Part shown: positions 27,372-37,273 of the stretch, in pieces | Layout: every line of letters begins with the position of its first letter | Numbering within the stretch: the stretch's first letter is position 1 | Assembly: GCA_964445435.1 (NCBI GenBank) | Contig: CAYUKU010000001.1 | Coordinates: forward strand, 44,384 to 108,383 | Source of the DNA: an uncultured Gammaproteobacteria bacterium | GTDB taxonomy: Bacteria; Patescibacteriota; Microgenomatia; UBA10105; UBA927 | Direction of reading: 5' to 3' | DNA length: 64,000 nucleotides | The notes under the pieces: model-generated | Seen by the model: only the letters and a program-made list of their open reading frames with translations | Told to the model about the DNA's origin: nothing | The model's database searches: none | Made by a program: the position numbers and the translations under genes

Positions 27372-29705
27372 ATGGCGCGCCAAAATAACCCAAGCACTTC
27401 ACCTGACCCCCGCGGTAACATATTCGTACAGCTTCTCATAGGTATTCTTACCGTACTTATCGGAATCGGCCGTGTAGTTCAGTTCCCCTTTCGGTTGCCG
27501 TTTCTCCTTGCCAAACTCCTCAAACCTAAACGGAAGCCAGGCAGACCGAGGAAACACAAAAAATTTTCAGATACGTTTTCAAAAATTCAGCTGCCAAAAT
27601 TCCGCATTCCCCAAATGCTACGTGTCACAATTCCACGACTGCCTTCTTTGCACATTTCCTTTCCTAAGGTACCGCGAGTTGTATTGCCGCATGTATCAAT
27701 GCCCACCATTACCATCCTCCCGTCGAGCGAAGTGCTGGATCGGATTAAATTCTTTACTTCCGGGGTTGCGGTAACGATTATTTTCTTTTTTGCGCCATAC
27801 GTGACGTACTCATGGCTTCGGGCACTGCCGAATCCCGAACTGCTCTCAAAAAGGGATATCCAGGTCACCACAAAAATATTTGACCGGAATGGACTCCTTC
27901 TGTATGAAATCTACGCGGACCAGAACCGCACGCCCATTCCGCTTTCAGAAATTCCGGCGTACGTAAAAGAGGCGACAATCGCAATTGAAGACCAGGATTT
28001 CTACCGACACAACGGCATATCACTTCGGGGCATTATCCGCGCCGTGCGGGAGACGCTCCTCAATAACCAGATTCAGGGAGGTTCAACAATCACCCAGCAG
28101 CTTATCAAATCCGCGCTTCTTACGCCGGAAGTTAAACTCACCAGGAAAATAAAAGAAATTATCCTTGCCTTCTGGGCAGAACGGTTATACACCAAGAACC
28201 AAATTCTAGAAATGTATCTTAACCAGGTTCCGTATGGCGGCACTGCATGGGGTATCGAAGCTGCGAGTCAGACATATTTCAACAAGTCTGTGGTCGAATT
28301 AAGCCTCGCGGAAGCGGCACTTCTTGCCGGACTTCCTCAGGCTCCCACAGAATATTCCCCCTTTGGGAGCCATCCCCAAAAAGCATTTGAACGGCAAAAA
28401 GAAGTGTTGCGTCGCATGGTCGAAGACCGATATATAACAGTTAAAGAGGAAAGCGACGCGCTCAATACTCCAATCGTGTTTGCACAGCCCCGTACGTCTA
28501 TCAAAGCTCCGCATTTTGTCATGTACGTAAAAAATCTTCTCGAAAAAGAGTATGGACTACGACTTGTAGAGCAAGGCGGTCTTCGCATCACAACGTCACT
28601 TGATCTTTCACTTCAGGAAAAAGCAGAAGAAATTGTTGCAAGCCACATCAACAATCTCGCGGCACTTCAGGTAGGCAATGGAGCGGCACTCATAACAAAC
28701 CCAAAAACAGGGGAAATTCTCTCAATGGTCGGCAGTAAGAATTACTTTGATCTCGCAGGCGAGGGAAATGTGAACGTCACAACGAGCTTACGACAACCAG
28801 GTTCATCGATAAAAGTCATTACCTACGCAGCGGCATTGGAAAACGGATTTACGCCCGCTTCCATCATCGATGACTCACCCGTTATCTACCAAACACCCGG
28901 CAGTCCGCCGTATGTTCCGGTAAACTACGATGGAAGATTCCACGGACCTACACCTCTAAGGTATGCGCTTGCAAATTCATATAACATACCGGCCGTAAAA
29001 ATACTTGCAAAACTCGGAGTCCAAACCATGATCAATACAGGACGCCTTATGGGAATCACGTCGTGGTCTGATGAAAGCAGATACGGGCTCTCTCTCACTT
29101 TGGGAGGCGGGGATGTCACTATGCTGGAAATGGCACAAGTATACGGAACGCTTGCCAACGAAGGCAAACACGTTACGCTCATGCCTATTTTAGAAATCAC
29201 GGATTACACGGGTCGCGTTATCAAACGAAACAAACCCAAGGGAGCAACACAGGCAATCAAACCGGAAGTCGCCTGGCTTATAAGTAACATTCTTAGTGAC
29301 AATACGGCACGAATCGCGGCGTTTGGTCCGAACTCAAGTCTCGTCATCCCGGGTAAAACCGTTTCGGTGAAAACTGGCACGAGCAATGAGAAACGCGACA
29401 ACTGGACCATCGGATATACGCCGTCCTTTGTCGTATCGGTGTGGGTGGGAAATAACGACAATAGTCCGATGAACCCATATCTCACATCCGGTGTAACGGG
29501 AGCAGCTCCGATATGGCACGATCTTATGGTGGAACTCCTGAAGGATACACCCGATGAAATACCAAGCAAGCCCGATTCTGTTGTGTCCGTACCATGCTAC
29601 TTCGGCAGGCCAGAATACTTCATCTCGGGAACTCAACCCTCATCCGGTCGCTGCGCAGCAGTCCCAACCGCAACGCCAAGCGCCTCTGTTGCACCGCTTC
29701 GCTAG
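27372..29705 (+). CDS. class A penicillin-binding protein, second tandem paralog
   Basis: Same motif set (IAIEDQDFYRHNGIS, QGGSTITQQL, PGSSIKV, KTGTS). Unique Pro/Lys-rich N-terminal tail before the TM helix. Confidence 0.85.
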   Translation: MARQNNPSTSPDPRGNIFVQLLIGILTVLIGIGRVVQFPFRLPFLLAKLLKPKRKPGRPRKHKKFSDTFSKIQLPKFRIPQMLRVTIPRLPSLHISFPKVPRVVLPHVSMPTITILPSSEVLDRIKFFTSGVAVTIIFFFAPYVTYSWLRALPNPELLSKRDIQVTTKIFDRNGLLLYEIYADQNRTPIPLSEIPAYVKEATIAIEDQDFYRHNGISLRGIIRAVRETLLNNQIQGGSTITQQLIKSALLTPEVKLTRKIKEIILAFWAERLYTKNQILEMYLNQVPYGGTAWGIEAASQTYFNKSVVELSLAEAALLAGLPQAPTEYSPFGSHPQKAFERQKEVLRRMVEDRYITVKEESDALNTPIVFAQPRTSIKAPHFVMYVKNLLEKEYGLRLVEQGGLRITTSLDLSLQEKAEEIVASHINNLAALQVGNGAALITNPKTGEILSMVGSKNYFDLAGEGNVNVTTSLRQPGSSIKVITYAAALENGFTPASIIDDSPVIYQTPGSPPYVPVNYDGRFHGPTPLRYALANSYNIPAVKILAKLGVQTMINTGRLMGITSWSDESRYGLSLTLGGGDVTMLEMAQVYGTLANEGKHVTLMPILEITDYTGRVIKRNKPKGATQAIKPEVAWLISNILSDNTARIAAFGPNSSLVIPGKTVSVKTGTSNEKRDNWTIGYTPSFVVSVWVGNNDNSPMNPYLTSGVTGAAPIWHDLMVELLKDTPDEIPSKPDSVVSVPCYFGRPEYFISGTQPSSGRCAAVPTATPSASVAPLR

Positions 29706-29707
29706 CG

Positions 29708-30106
29708 CTACTCTTTCACCGTAATAGTTCCGGTAATATAGGGCGCCAGATGGTCATGCATTCGCCACGATCCCACCCGATCGAAGCGAAAAGACCAGGA
29801 TTTTTCCGGCGCAACCGGCTCCTTGGGGTCAAACTCGGGATATATATCATGGGTTGGGTGAAGATTCGACGCGGGCCATCGCCAGTCCGAGCTTTTGTTT
29901 ACGAAAACGACGGTCGTTCCCTTTTGTATCGTAACGTCTGAGGGGTCATAATCATCCTGCCGCATCGTTATCACAACGGCATCTTTGGATGGTAACGACT
30001 CCTCTTTTTTGGAAACCGAAAACTTCTCTGCACGTCCTGCCCAATAAGACCATCCGATCCCCGCGAGGACAGCCACAATGATAACCACTCCCATGATTTT
30101 TTTCAT
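29708..30106 (-). CDS. membrane-anchored cupredoxin-like domain protein (no Cys ligand)
   Basis: TM anchor, then TIQKGTTVVFVNKS...HPTHD...WRMHDH...TGTITV beta-sandwich pattern. His-rich HPTH/HxH. Start taken at the internal MKKIMGVV. Confidence 0.45.
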   Translation of the reverse strand: MKKIMGVVIIVAVLAGIGWSYWAGRAEKFSVSKKEESLPSKDAVVITMRQDDYDPSDVTIQKGTTVVFVNKSSDWRWPASNLHPTHDIYPEFDPKEPVAPEKSWSFRFDRVGSWRMHDHLAPYITGTITVKE

Positions 30107-30137
30107 AGACGTAGTATACAAAGAAACAACGCTCCCG

Positions 30138-30635
30138 TCATTTGGCAACTACCACGACAGAGCCGGTGTCAGCCGGATTCATGTGGTTATGGTATTTCCA
30201 TGTGCCTACCTTCGTAAAGGTATATTCATATGTTCCGTTGCGTGCAACCGATGTCAGCTGATCAAAGCCAGGAAGCAATTGATGCGTCGGGTGTACGGCA
30301 GACGCAACCCACATTGATCGGCTAGACTCATTAACGAATGTCACTGCCGTTCCTTGTGTGATAGTAATCGAAGCAGGCCCAAATCCGCTATCTGAATACG
30401 TAACCACGGATCTGGTTACAGTGCCCCCGCCCTTGTTTTCCATAACTCCACTATCGGTCGTTATGGGAACCTCTACGCTTGGTCTGTCAACCGTCTGCGT
30501 CGGAGTAGCTTGTTGGGAAATTTCTCCCGTGCCCATCAACTCCTGATACGAAGGAATCTCTCCTTTAAATACGAACCACCCGACCAGAATTCCGGCGGCC
30601 AAAACCAAAAGTCCCAAAAATACTTTATTACTCAT
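30138..30635 (-). CDS. membrane-anchored cupredoxin-like domain protein, tandem paralog
   Basis: ITQGTAVTFVNESS...HPTHQ...WKYHNHMNP...TGSVVV, collinear with the neighbouring paralog. Confidence 0.45.
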   Translation of the reverse strand: MSNKVFLGLLVLAAGILVGWFVFKGEIPSYQELMGTGEISQQATPTQTVDRPSVEVPITTDSGVMENKGGGTVTRSVVTYSDSGFGPASITITQGTAVTFVNESSRSMWVASAVHPTHQLLPGFDQLTSVARNGTYEYTFTKVGTWKYHNHMNPADTGSVVVVAK

Positions 30636-30655
30636 AAACGTTTCACCTCCTCTTA

Positions 30656-31126
30656 TTAGGTGTATCGGTCTGCTACCTTACTTGCCGCGTAGCTTTCCGG
30701 CTTTATTTTTACATTGTATCCTGATCCGCGAATCATACCGACAATCTCCTGAATCATCTCTCTGGTATCGCCGAACTTGCCAATATCCACGTGTATCTCT
30801 ACATCGTATTTCGTAATGCCGTCTTTGTGCAAGAGCGTGAGGACCGTTTCTGCCATCTCAAGCGACATAGTGGCCTCTTCGTACATCCGCTCTCGTAGAA
30901 CATAATGCTTCTTGTTCACCGTCCTTCGCCAGAAATAGATGCCACCCGCTCCAATCCGATGGACAACCAGAGCGGTCACGAAATCCACGCCTAAACCGTT
31001 ATGCGGCTGGGAATCAGTACCGATCACAATCTGATATATCTTGTCCGGATCATTGGCAAGAAAATGAAGAATTCTTTCACGCACCTGGGGAAGCTCTAGA
31101 TCTCCGTATGTCGGACTTTGAAACAT
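30656..31126 (-). CDS. YkuK/DUF458-like RNase H-fold protein
   Basis: IVIGTDSQ...VDFVTALVVHRIG...EIHVDIG pattern of the DUF458 family. Weak. Confidence 0.35.
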   Translation of the reverse strand: MFQSPTYGDLELPQVRERILHFLANDPDKIYQIVIGTDSQPHNGLGVDFVTALVVHRIGAGGIYFWRRTVNKKHYVLRERMYEEATMSLEMAETVLTLLHKDGITKYDVEIHVDIGKFGDTREMIQEIVGMIRGSGYNVKIKPESYAASKVADRYT

Positions 31127-31149
31127 ACGAGGGGTATGGTACCAAAGTA

Positions 31150-31177
31150 AAGCCCCGCCTTCAAGAAAGCGGGGCTT
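31150..31177 (-). terminator. intrinsic terminator hairpin (9-bp GC-rich stem)
   Basis: AAGCCCCGC-(10 nt)-GCGGGGCTT. On the minus strand it is followed by TTTACTTT. Lies 34 nt downstream of the RRM-protein gene. Confidence 0.55.
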
Positions 31178-31210
31178 ACCGGTAACTCAAATAACCTCAG
31201 TTATTTAAGT

Positions 31211-31477
31211 TTATTGTCGTGGTCGCTCTTCGCGGGGTCGTGCTTCGTTGACTACCAATGCTCGGCCATCCACGTCTTTACCATTGAACATTTCAATGGC
31301 TTTCTTCGCCTCTTCATCGCTTGCCATTTCGACAAATCCGAATCCGCGTGATCGACCAGAATATTTGTCACTGATGACCTTTGCGGAAACGACGTTGCCT
31401 GCCTGCGCAAACATTGTCTGAAGCTGCGCGCTATCTGTTGCGTAAGGAAGATTCCCTACAAATAGATTCGTTGCCAT
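31211..31477 (-). CDS. RRM-type RNA-binding protein
   Basis: RNP2 LFVGNL and RNP1 RGFGFVEM motifs. Confidence 0.85.
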   Translation of the reverse strand: MATNLFVGNLPYATDSAQLQTMFAQAGNVVSAKVISDKYSGRSRGFGFVEMASDEEAKKAIEMFNGKDVDGRALVVNEARPREERPRQ

Positions 31478-31619
31478 ATTGGATTTCCTTTCTCCTTAGG
31501 ACTTGAAGGAAGTGCCAGAAACGCCTAAAGAGAAAAATAGACGATGGTCACAGACACTTTGTTCCCAGGACATCGTGAAGTATATCACATTGAGGGCGCA
31601 ACAATCAAACGACTACGCT

Positions 31620-32234
31620 TTATTCAAGCACCTCTTCCTCATCTACAGCCATATCTTCACCTTCACCAGGCGCAGAAGATTGCGCTGTCTGATCCCCGAT
31701 TGACGTAAAGGCAAACGTTGAAACGACGGTATCGTACACACGACTCCAGTAATCGCTGTTATCGAACTCCCCCTCGACGAAGAAAACAATTGCATCATCG
31801 ATCGTTGCGGTTACAATTCTTTTCTTTGGACTGCTTACAAGCACCTTCTTGCCCGGTTGACCTGCCAGTGTCGTTTCGAAAATTACCCCGTCTTTGAGAG
31901 TCTTCTCCCCGCTTACCCATACCGCAGGGCTTTGCGCTGTCGTATCTTTTGCCCACACGATAATGCTTCCGGGGTAATCAGGGTGAGTGAATTCAATGTG
32001 GGCGTAATTTTCGTTATCCTCCGGATGATTATTTATCTTGAGATTTTTCGGGTAGGTAAACGAAAATCCTGCCTGATCTGTCCATTGTTCCATTTCCTCC
32101 GGAATCGGTGTCGGACTCACGCTCGATACAGGTACGGATTCACTTTGCTGTACACGTGTCTTCCACGCATATAATCCTGCACCCGATACCACAAGGAGAA
32201 TAACCACGACCGACACTATCCAGAATCTTTTCAT
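31620..32234 (-). CDS. secreted/anchored hypothetical protein
   Basis: N-terminal hydrophobic helix. Acidic C-terminus. Confidence 0.4.
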   Translation of the reverse strand: MKRFWIVSVVVILLVVSGAGLYAWKTRVQQSESVPVSSVSPTPIPEEMEQWTDQAGFSFTYPKNLKINNHPEDNENYAHIEFTHPDYPGSIIVWAKDTTAQSPAVWVSGEKTLKDGVIFETTLAGQPGKKVLVSSPKKRIVTATIDDAIVFFVEGEFDNSDYWSRVYDTVVSTFAFTSIGDQTAQSSAPGEGEDMAVDEEEVLE

Positions 32235-32284
32235 AACTCCCCGAGTATACCATGTTTCTTCTTCCTGTTTGGTATAATGCGCTC

Positions 32285-32695
32285 ATGAGACAAGGAATCA
32301 TGTTTGCCGTTATCATGGCGCTTATGCTTTCGTCGGCTGTAAACGTATCGGCTGCCAAAAAACGCATCAGAACCACCCGCGCCGCAGCAGTAAGCTACTC
32401 TTCGGCAAAACTCTCCCGCTCCACAAACAGCGTCATCGTGACGTTCAAAAATCTCGCCAGGGTCAATCGCGTCGAATACACATTAAGCTATTCAGCCAAC
32501 GGTATTTCGCAGGGCGTAGTAGGTTCGTTTATTCCAAACGGACTGGGATCAGACACGCGTGACTTATATTTCGGCACGTGCAGCAAGGGCGTTTGTACGC
32601 CGCACTACGGCATTACCAATGCAACTCTGGTTATTACGACAACGCTCACGTCCGGAAAAACAAACACAAAGCGGTACATCATCAAACGCGTGTAA
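32285..32695 (+). CDS. small secreted beta-rich hypothetical protein
   Basis: Signal-like IMFAVIMALMLSSAVNVSAA, then Ser/Thr-rich beta strands. Confidence 0.4.
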   Translation: MRQGIMFAVIMALMLSSAVNVSAAKKRIRTTRAAAVSYSSAKLSRSTNSVIVTFKNLARVNRVEYTLSYSANGISQGVVGSFIPNGLGSDTRDLYFGTCSKGVCTPHYGITNATLVITTTLTSGKTNTKRYIIKRV

Positions 32696-32700
32696 GCCGT

Positions 32701-33459
32701 ATGACATTTCTTCACGCGATACTCCTGTCTTTTGTCGAGGGAATCACAGAATTTTTGCCGGTCTCATCGACCGGCCACCTGATTCTCACAAGCCAGATCC
32801 TCAATATCCCCCAAACAGAATTTACGAAATCCTTCGAATTATTTATTCAGCTTGGCGCTATCCTCGCCGTCTTATGGCTGTATGGGAAAAAACTTCTCGT
32901 GGAGAAACTGCTCCTGGTAAATATCGGCATCTCCTTTCTCCCCACTGCGTTAGCAGGATTTCTCCTCTATCCCTTCATCAAAGGAACCCTGCTGGGAAAC
33001 AGTTCGGTCGTGTCGTGGTCACTTATCGTGGGCGGTGTCGTTCTTATCGCAATAGAACGTTTCGTAGAAAAAAATAAAACTCCAGATATGAAGTCTTTTT
33101 CCCAGAAAGAAGCGTTTCTCATCGGCTGTGCTCAGGCAGTCTCAGTTATCCCCGGCGTATCGCGGGCAGGAGCGACCATTGCAGGAGCGCTTCTTCTGGG
33201 AGTCCCGCGCCAAACGGCTGTTGAATATTCGTTTCTGCTTGCTCTTCCCACCATGGCAGCGGCCGTCGGATTCGACATTCTTAGAACCGCCTGGCAGTTT
33301 TCCGCGTCCGACATGTCAATTCTTGCAGTCGGATTTCTCGGCGCGTTTATTACGGCACTCTTTACTATCCGAATATTTACGAATTTCGTGAAAGCGCACT
33401 CGTTTACCTTTTTTGGCATATATAGAATCCTGGTTGGAATTCTGTTTTTATTTGCATGA
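32701..33459 (+). CDS. uppP: undecaprenyl-diphosphatase (BacA/UppP)
   Basis: MTFLHAILLSFVEGITEFLPVSSTGHL and later PGVSRAGATI motifs. Confidence 0.9.
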   Translation: MTFLHAILLSFVEGITEFLPVSSTGHLILTSQILNIPQTEFTKSFELFIQLGAILAVLWLYGKKLLVEKLLLVNIGISFLPTALAGFLLYPFIKGTLLGNSSVVSWSLIVGGVVLIAIERFVEKNKTPDMKSFSQKEAFLIGCAQAVSVIPGVSRAGATIAGALLLGVPRQTAVEYSFLLALPTMAAAVGFDILRTAWQFSASDMSILAVGFLGAFITALFTIRIFTNFVKAHSFTFFGIYRILVGILFLFA

Positions 33460-34313
33460 AAAAAGTTGCGCTCGTCACCAGTACTGAGTTCCCAAAACTG
33501 TCGGAAAGCGATCAACTCCTCGTTTCTCCACTAAAACGTCACGGGGTTGAACCGACTGCGGTAGCCTGGGATGATCCCTCAGTCGAATGGAGTCAATTCG
33601 ACGCAATTATCCTCCGCTCAGCCTGGAACTATCATTACCGATACGATCCGTTTATCAAGTGGGTTACAGATCTGGAAAAAATTCGAGTACCCGTTTTCAA
33701 CGCGCCGGCTGTCGTCAAGTGGAATTCTCAAAAAACGTACCTAAAAGATTTGGCGCAAAAAGGAATTCGTACGATTCCGACTGTTTATCAAACGTACCAT
33801 TCACATTGCGACCTTGCCCGTGAGATGGAAACGCATTCCTGGAACACCGTCGTCGTAAAACCAGTCATCGGAGCATCTGCGTATGAGATTTTTTCCGTTT
33901 CCCGCTCAGATGTGGAAACAGGACAGAAGAAACTTACCAAACTTCTTGAAAAAAAAGGCTGCATGCTCCAGCCGCTTATGGAAGAAGTACAACAAGGAGA
34001 ATACTCGCTTATTTTCATCGGCGGCAAATATTCGCACGCCGTCTTGAAAGTTCCTCCGAAAAACGACTTCCGTTCCAACTATCAATTCGGAAGCCGAGAA
34101 ATTATCGTCGAACCCGATAAAACGATACTGGATCAGGCGGCCCATGTCATTTCCCAAGTCAAATCCGACCTCCTGTATGCCCGCGTGGACGGAATACGCA
34201 AGGATAACACGTTTGTTCTCATGGAACTGGAACTTATCGAACCGCATTTATTTTTCGATATGTACCCCAGCGGCGCGGAATTTTTTGCAGCGGAATGCGC
34301 GAAACGTCTATGA
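33456..34313 (+). CDS. ATP-grasp ligase (RimK/GshB-like)
   Basis: 285 aa. KPVIGASAYEIF and C-terminal ARVDG...FVLMELELIEP consistent with the ATP-grasp fold. Start overlaps the uppP stop. Confidence 0.5.
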   Translation: MKKVALVTSTEFPKLSESDQLLVSPLKRHGVEPTAVAWDDPSVEWSQFDAIILRSAWNYHYRYDPFIKWVTDLEKIRVPVFNAPAVVKWNSQKTYLKDLAQKGIRTIPTVYQTYHSHCDLAREMETHSWNTVVVKPVIGASAYEIFSVSRSDVETGQKKLTKLLEKKGCMLQPLMEEVQQGEYSLIFIGGKYSHAVLKVPPKNDFRSNYQFGSREIIVEPDKTILDQAAHVISQVKSDLLYARVDGIRKDNTFVLMELELIEPHLFFDMYPSGAEFFAAECAKRL

Positions 34314-35779
34314 ACGACTCTTCGGTAAAAGTAGATATTGTCGAGACGCTGAATGAAGTGTCGTATCTTCTCTCCGACGCGGATCGAAAACTCGCCAGGT
34401 TTCTCGGGATAATCCAAAAAAACAAAAAACATATTACACCCCAAACCGCAGATCGAATAGTACGCACAGTCCAAGTCTACAGACACGACCTCTCCTCTCA
34501 GAAAGAGATCATAAATGCTTGTTACGTCAAAACCCGCAGGCTATCTTCAGAAAAAGAGGTCGAGAGTATTACGGGCGTCATAGAAAACGCACGGGAGCAT
34601 CTTCGGACACATCTTGGCCTGTTTGGTACGCTTATCACAAGTACGGATTGGCAGTCTCCGACGTTCGCACATTCTCTGTTTTCGCAGGCAGGACGAGAAA
34701 CCGGGCGTATCTACGCAACTATGAATGACTACAAGCGCGATCAGCATTGGGATAGTTACTACTACGAACAGGCGTTTCTGAGAGAATACATCGATGTCCT
34801 CATTAAGTTTCCAGCACACATCTTCGCTACTTCAAGCGGCATGGCGGCTTTTACAACTATCCTTCTTTTTCTCGTCGGGGAAAAGAAAATTTCCGGACCG
34901 ATACTGGCGGGCAACTCTATCTATTTTGAAAACAAGGGACTGCTAACTCAATTGTTTGGGAATTCGGTTATTTATGAAGATGAAACGGATATGGAATCAT
35001 TTATCGGTGCGGTCAAAGCCCATAAACCCTCGGTAATTTTCATCGACAGCCTCACAAATTCGCCTTCCATCATCATACCGAATATTCCCAAGCTTATTGG
35101 GTGGCTTGCGGCACACGCCGTCAAAGAAACATATCTTATTATCGACAACACCGGCCTATCAGTGTTACTTCAACCATATAAACACCTCTTTGGCAGGAGG
35201 ACGAAACTTCGGATCATTACATTCGAAAGCCTCAATAAATACCATCAATTTGGCATGGATCGGTTTACGGGCGGCATCGTTACTTCCTACGGCATGCACA
35301 CAGGAAAGCTATTTGATTATCGGGATCACGGCGGAACAAACATCATCGATAGTACCGCCGCAGCGCTTCCGACGCCCAATCGAAAACTCCTCTCAGCGCG
35401 GCTTGCCCGTCACACCCGCAATGCACGCAAACTGGCGTCTTCATTACGACAATGGCTCGCCGGTCACCCGGCAAATGCGGTAGAGGAAATCTCGTATCCC
35501 GGACAGGGAAGCTATCTCGCTCTCAAATTTACACCAAAGAAACACACAATCAAGACATATAAACGCTTTGTCGAAACTGCCGTGGCGATAGCCAAACGCC
35601 ATAACGTCAATCTAGTTTCCGGTACCAGTTTCGGGCTCGACACGACGCGTATTTACCTTACCGCTGTTCGAAGCCGTCCGAACACTCCGTTCGTCCGAAT
35701 AGCGCTCGGGACAGAACATGTTCTTATGCTGAAAAAAATAACTGATGTCTTCATCGAAACGCTCAAACAATTCGCCTGA
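34295..35779 (+). CDS. PLP-dependent Cys/Met-metabolism family enzyme (CGS/MGL-like) with about 160-aa N-terminal extension
   Basis: ATSSGMAAF glycine-rich PLP loop, and ESLNKYHQFGMDRFTGGIV aligning to the S-A-T-K-Y-x-G-G lysine motif. 19-nt overlap with the upstream ATP-grasp gene. Confidence 0.55.
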   Translation: MRETSMNDSSVKVDIVETLNEVSYLLSDADRKLARFLGIIQKNKKHITPQTADRIVRTVQVYRHDLSSQKEIINACYVKTRRLSSEKEVESITGVIENAREHLRTHLGLFGTLITSTDWQSPTFAHSLFSQAGRETGRIYATMNDYKRDQHWDSYYYEQAFLREYIDVLIKFPAHIFATSSGMAAFTTILLFLVGEKKISGPILAGNSIYFENKGLLTQLFGNSVIYEDETDMESFIGAVKAHKPSVIFIDSLTNSPSIIIPNIPKLIGWLAAHAVKETYLIIDNTGLSVLLQPYKHLFGRRTKLRIITFESLNKYHQFGMDRFTGGIVTSYGMHTGKLFDYRDHGGTNIIDSTAAALPTPNRKLLSARLARHTRNARKLASSLRQWLAGHPANAVEEISYPGQGSYLALKFTPKKHTIKTYKRFVETAVAIAKRHNVNLVSGTSFGLDTTRIYLTAVRSRPNTPFVRIALGTEHVLMLKKITDVFIETLKQFA

Positions 35780-35780
35780 T

Positions 35781-36806
35781 ATGCCAACACCAATTTCTGA
35801 GTACGACTATCATCTTCCTGAAGACCGAATTGCCCAGACGCCCGCAAACCCGCGGGAATCCGCAAAACTTATGGTCCTTACGAGAAACGACCAAACCATG
35901 ATCCATAAACATGTATCAGATCTGCCTCAATATTTTCGTCGGGATGACATCCTTGTAGTGAATAATACGAAGGTGTTCAGGGCACGACTCCATGGAACTG
36001 TCGGGAAAAAAACGGTTGAATTATTTCTTATACGACCGACAGAAAAAAACACGTGGATTGCGATGGGAAAACCAGGAAAAAAAATTACGCCCGGAAGCAC
36101 AATTGTCATCGCAGGCGATTTTATCGGCCACGTCGCTCACAAACACGAAGACGGCACGTTTATCGTTGACTTCGGGATGCTTCCCGAGGCGGTCATCGCA
36201 AAGGCCAATCAGTATGGCTCAGTTCCGGTGCCGCCGTACATAAAAGCAGTTCCCAACGCTTCCGACTATCAAACCAGTTACGCCAAATACGAAGGCTCTG
36301 TTGCTGCCCCCACTGCCGGATTCCATTTCACGAAAAACATCCTGCAAACACTTGCAAAAAAAGGCATTACGATCATAGAGCTAACACTTCATGTGGGACT
36401 GGGAACATTCTTACCCATAAAATCACAAACCGTGGAAGAACATGCAATTCACAGTGAATGGGTAAACGTTTCCGCAGACGTAGCCAGAACGATCAATGAA
36501 GCCAAGCGGGACAAGAGAAGGGTTATCGCCGTAGGAACAACCACAGTACGCACGCTCGAAGGAATTGCACACATTCACAACGGCCTGGTAGTGCCATATC
36601 AAGGCGATATCAATCTCTTTATTACACCCGGATATCGATTCTCAATTGTCGATGGCATGGTAACGAATTTCCATTTACCGAAATCCACGCTTATCGTTCT
36701 TGTAAGTGCGTTTGCCGGTCGGAAGACAATATTGAATGCATATGAAGAGGCAATTCGGTTGGGATACCGCTTTTACAGCTTCGGCGATGCTATGCTTATC
36801 TTGTAA
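35781..36806 (+). CDS. queA: S-adenosylmethionine:tRNA ribosyltransferase-isomerase
   Basis: YDYHLPEDRIAQTPANPRESAKLMVL N-terminus and GTTTVRTLE motif. Confidence 0.9.
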   Translation: MPTPISEYDYHLPEDRIAQTPANPRESAKLMVLTRNDQTMIHKHVSDLPQYFRRDDILVVNNTKVFRARLHGTVGKKTVELFLIRPTEKNTWIAMGKPGKKITPGSTIVIAGDFIGHVAHKHEDGTFIVDFGMLPEAVIAKANQYGSVPVPPYIKAVPNASDYQTSYAKYEGSVAAPTAGFHFTKNILQTLAKKGITIIELTLHVGLGTFLPIKSQTVEEHAIHSEWVNVSADVARTINEAKRDKRRVIAVGTTTVRTLEGIAHIHNGLVVPYQGDINLFITPGYRFSIVDGMVTNFHLPKSTLIVLVSAFAGRKTILNAYEEAIRLGYRFYSFGDAMLIL

Positions 36807-37273
36807 TATCTTTCCCCGCGGCGCTCGAGAATCTTTCGTATGAGCATGAGCTGATCCTTCCGGATATCCGGCAGTTCACGGAAAGAAAAAAATTCCGCCC
36901 TGTCCACCTCGGTTGATTTTCTGAATGTTCCGCCGAGATACTTCCCGACATAGACGATATCCAGACGCGCTGTCTGCCTATCGGTACGGATTTTGAATCG
37001 CGTATCAGCTGATACGATAAAACCTGATTCCTCCTCGATTTCTCGTTCAATGCCTTCTTTTGGGTGTTCACCTTTCTTCATATACCCTCCGGGGAGACTC
37101 CACTCGTAATCGTTTCTGTATGTGTGACGAAAAAGAAGCACTTCGTCTTTTTCATTGAAAATAACACCGGTAACTCCAACGAGAAATTGATCCTGCACCA
37201 CCCTCATAAACCGCAGTTGCCACACCTTTGAGATAGGAAGCACCTTCCATAAGAACGCAATAAACGACGTCAT
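36773..37273 (-). CDS. NUDIX hydrolase
   Basis: Nudix box GGYMKKGEHPKEGIEREIEEESGF. Confidence 0.8.
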   Translation of the reverse strand: MTSFIAFLWKVLPISKVWQLRFMRVVQDQFLVGVTGVIFNEKDEVLLFRHTYRNDYEWSLPGGYMKKGEHPKEGIEREIEEESGFIVSADTRFKIRTDRQTARLDIVYVGKYLGGTFRKSTEVDRAEFFSFRELPDIRKDQLMLIRKILERRGERYYKISIASPKL

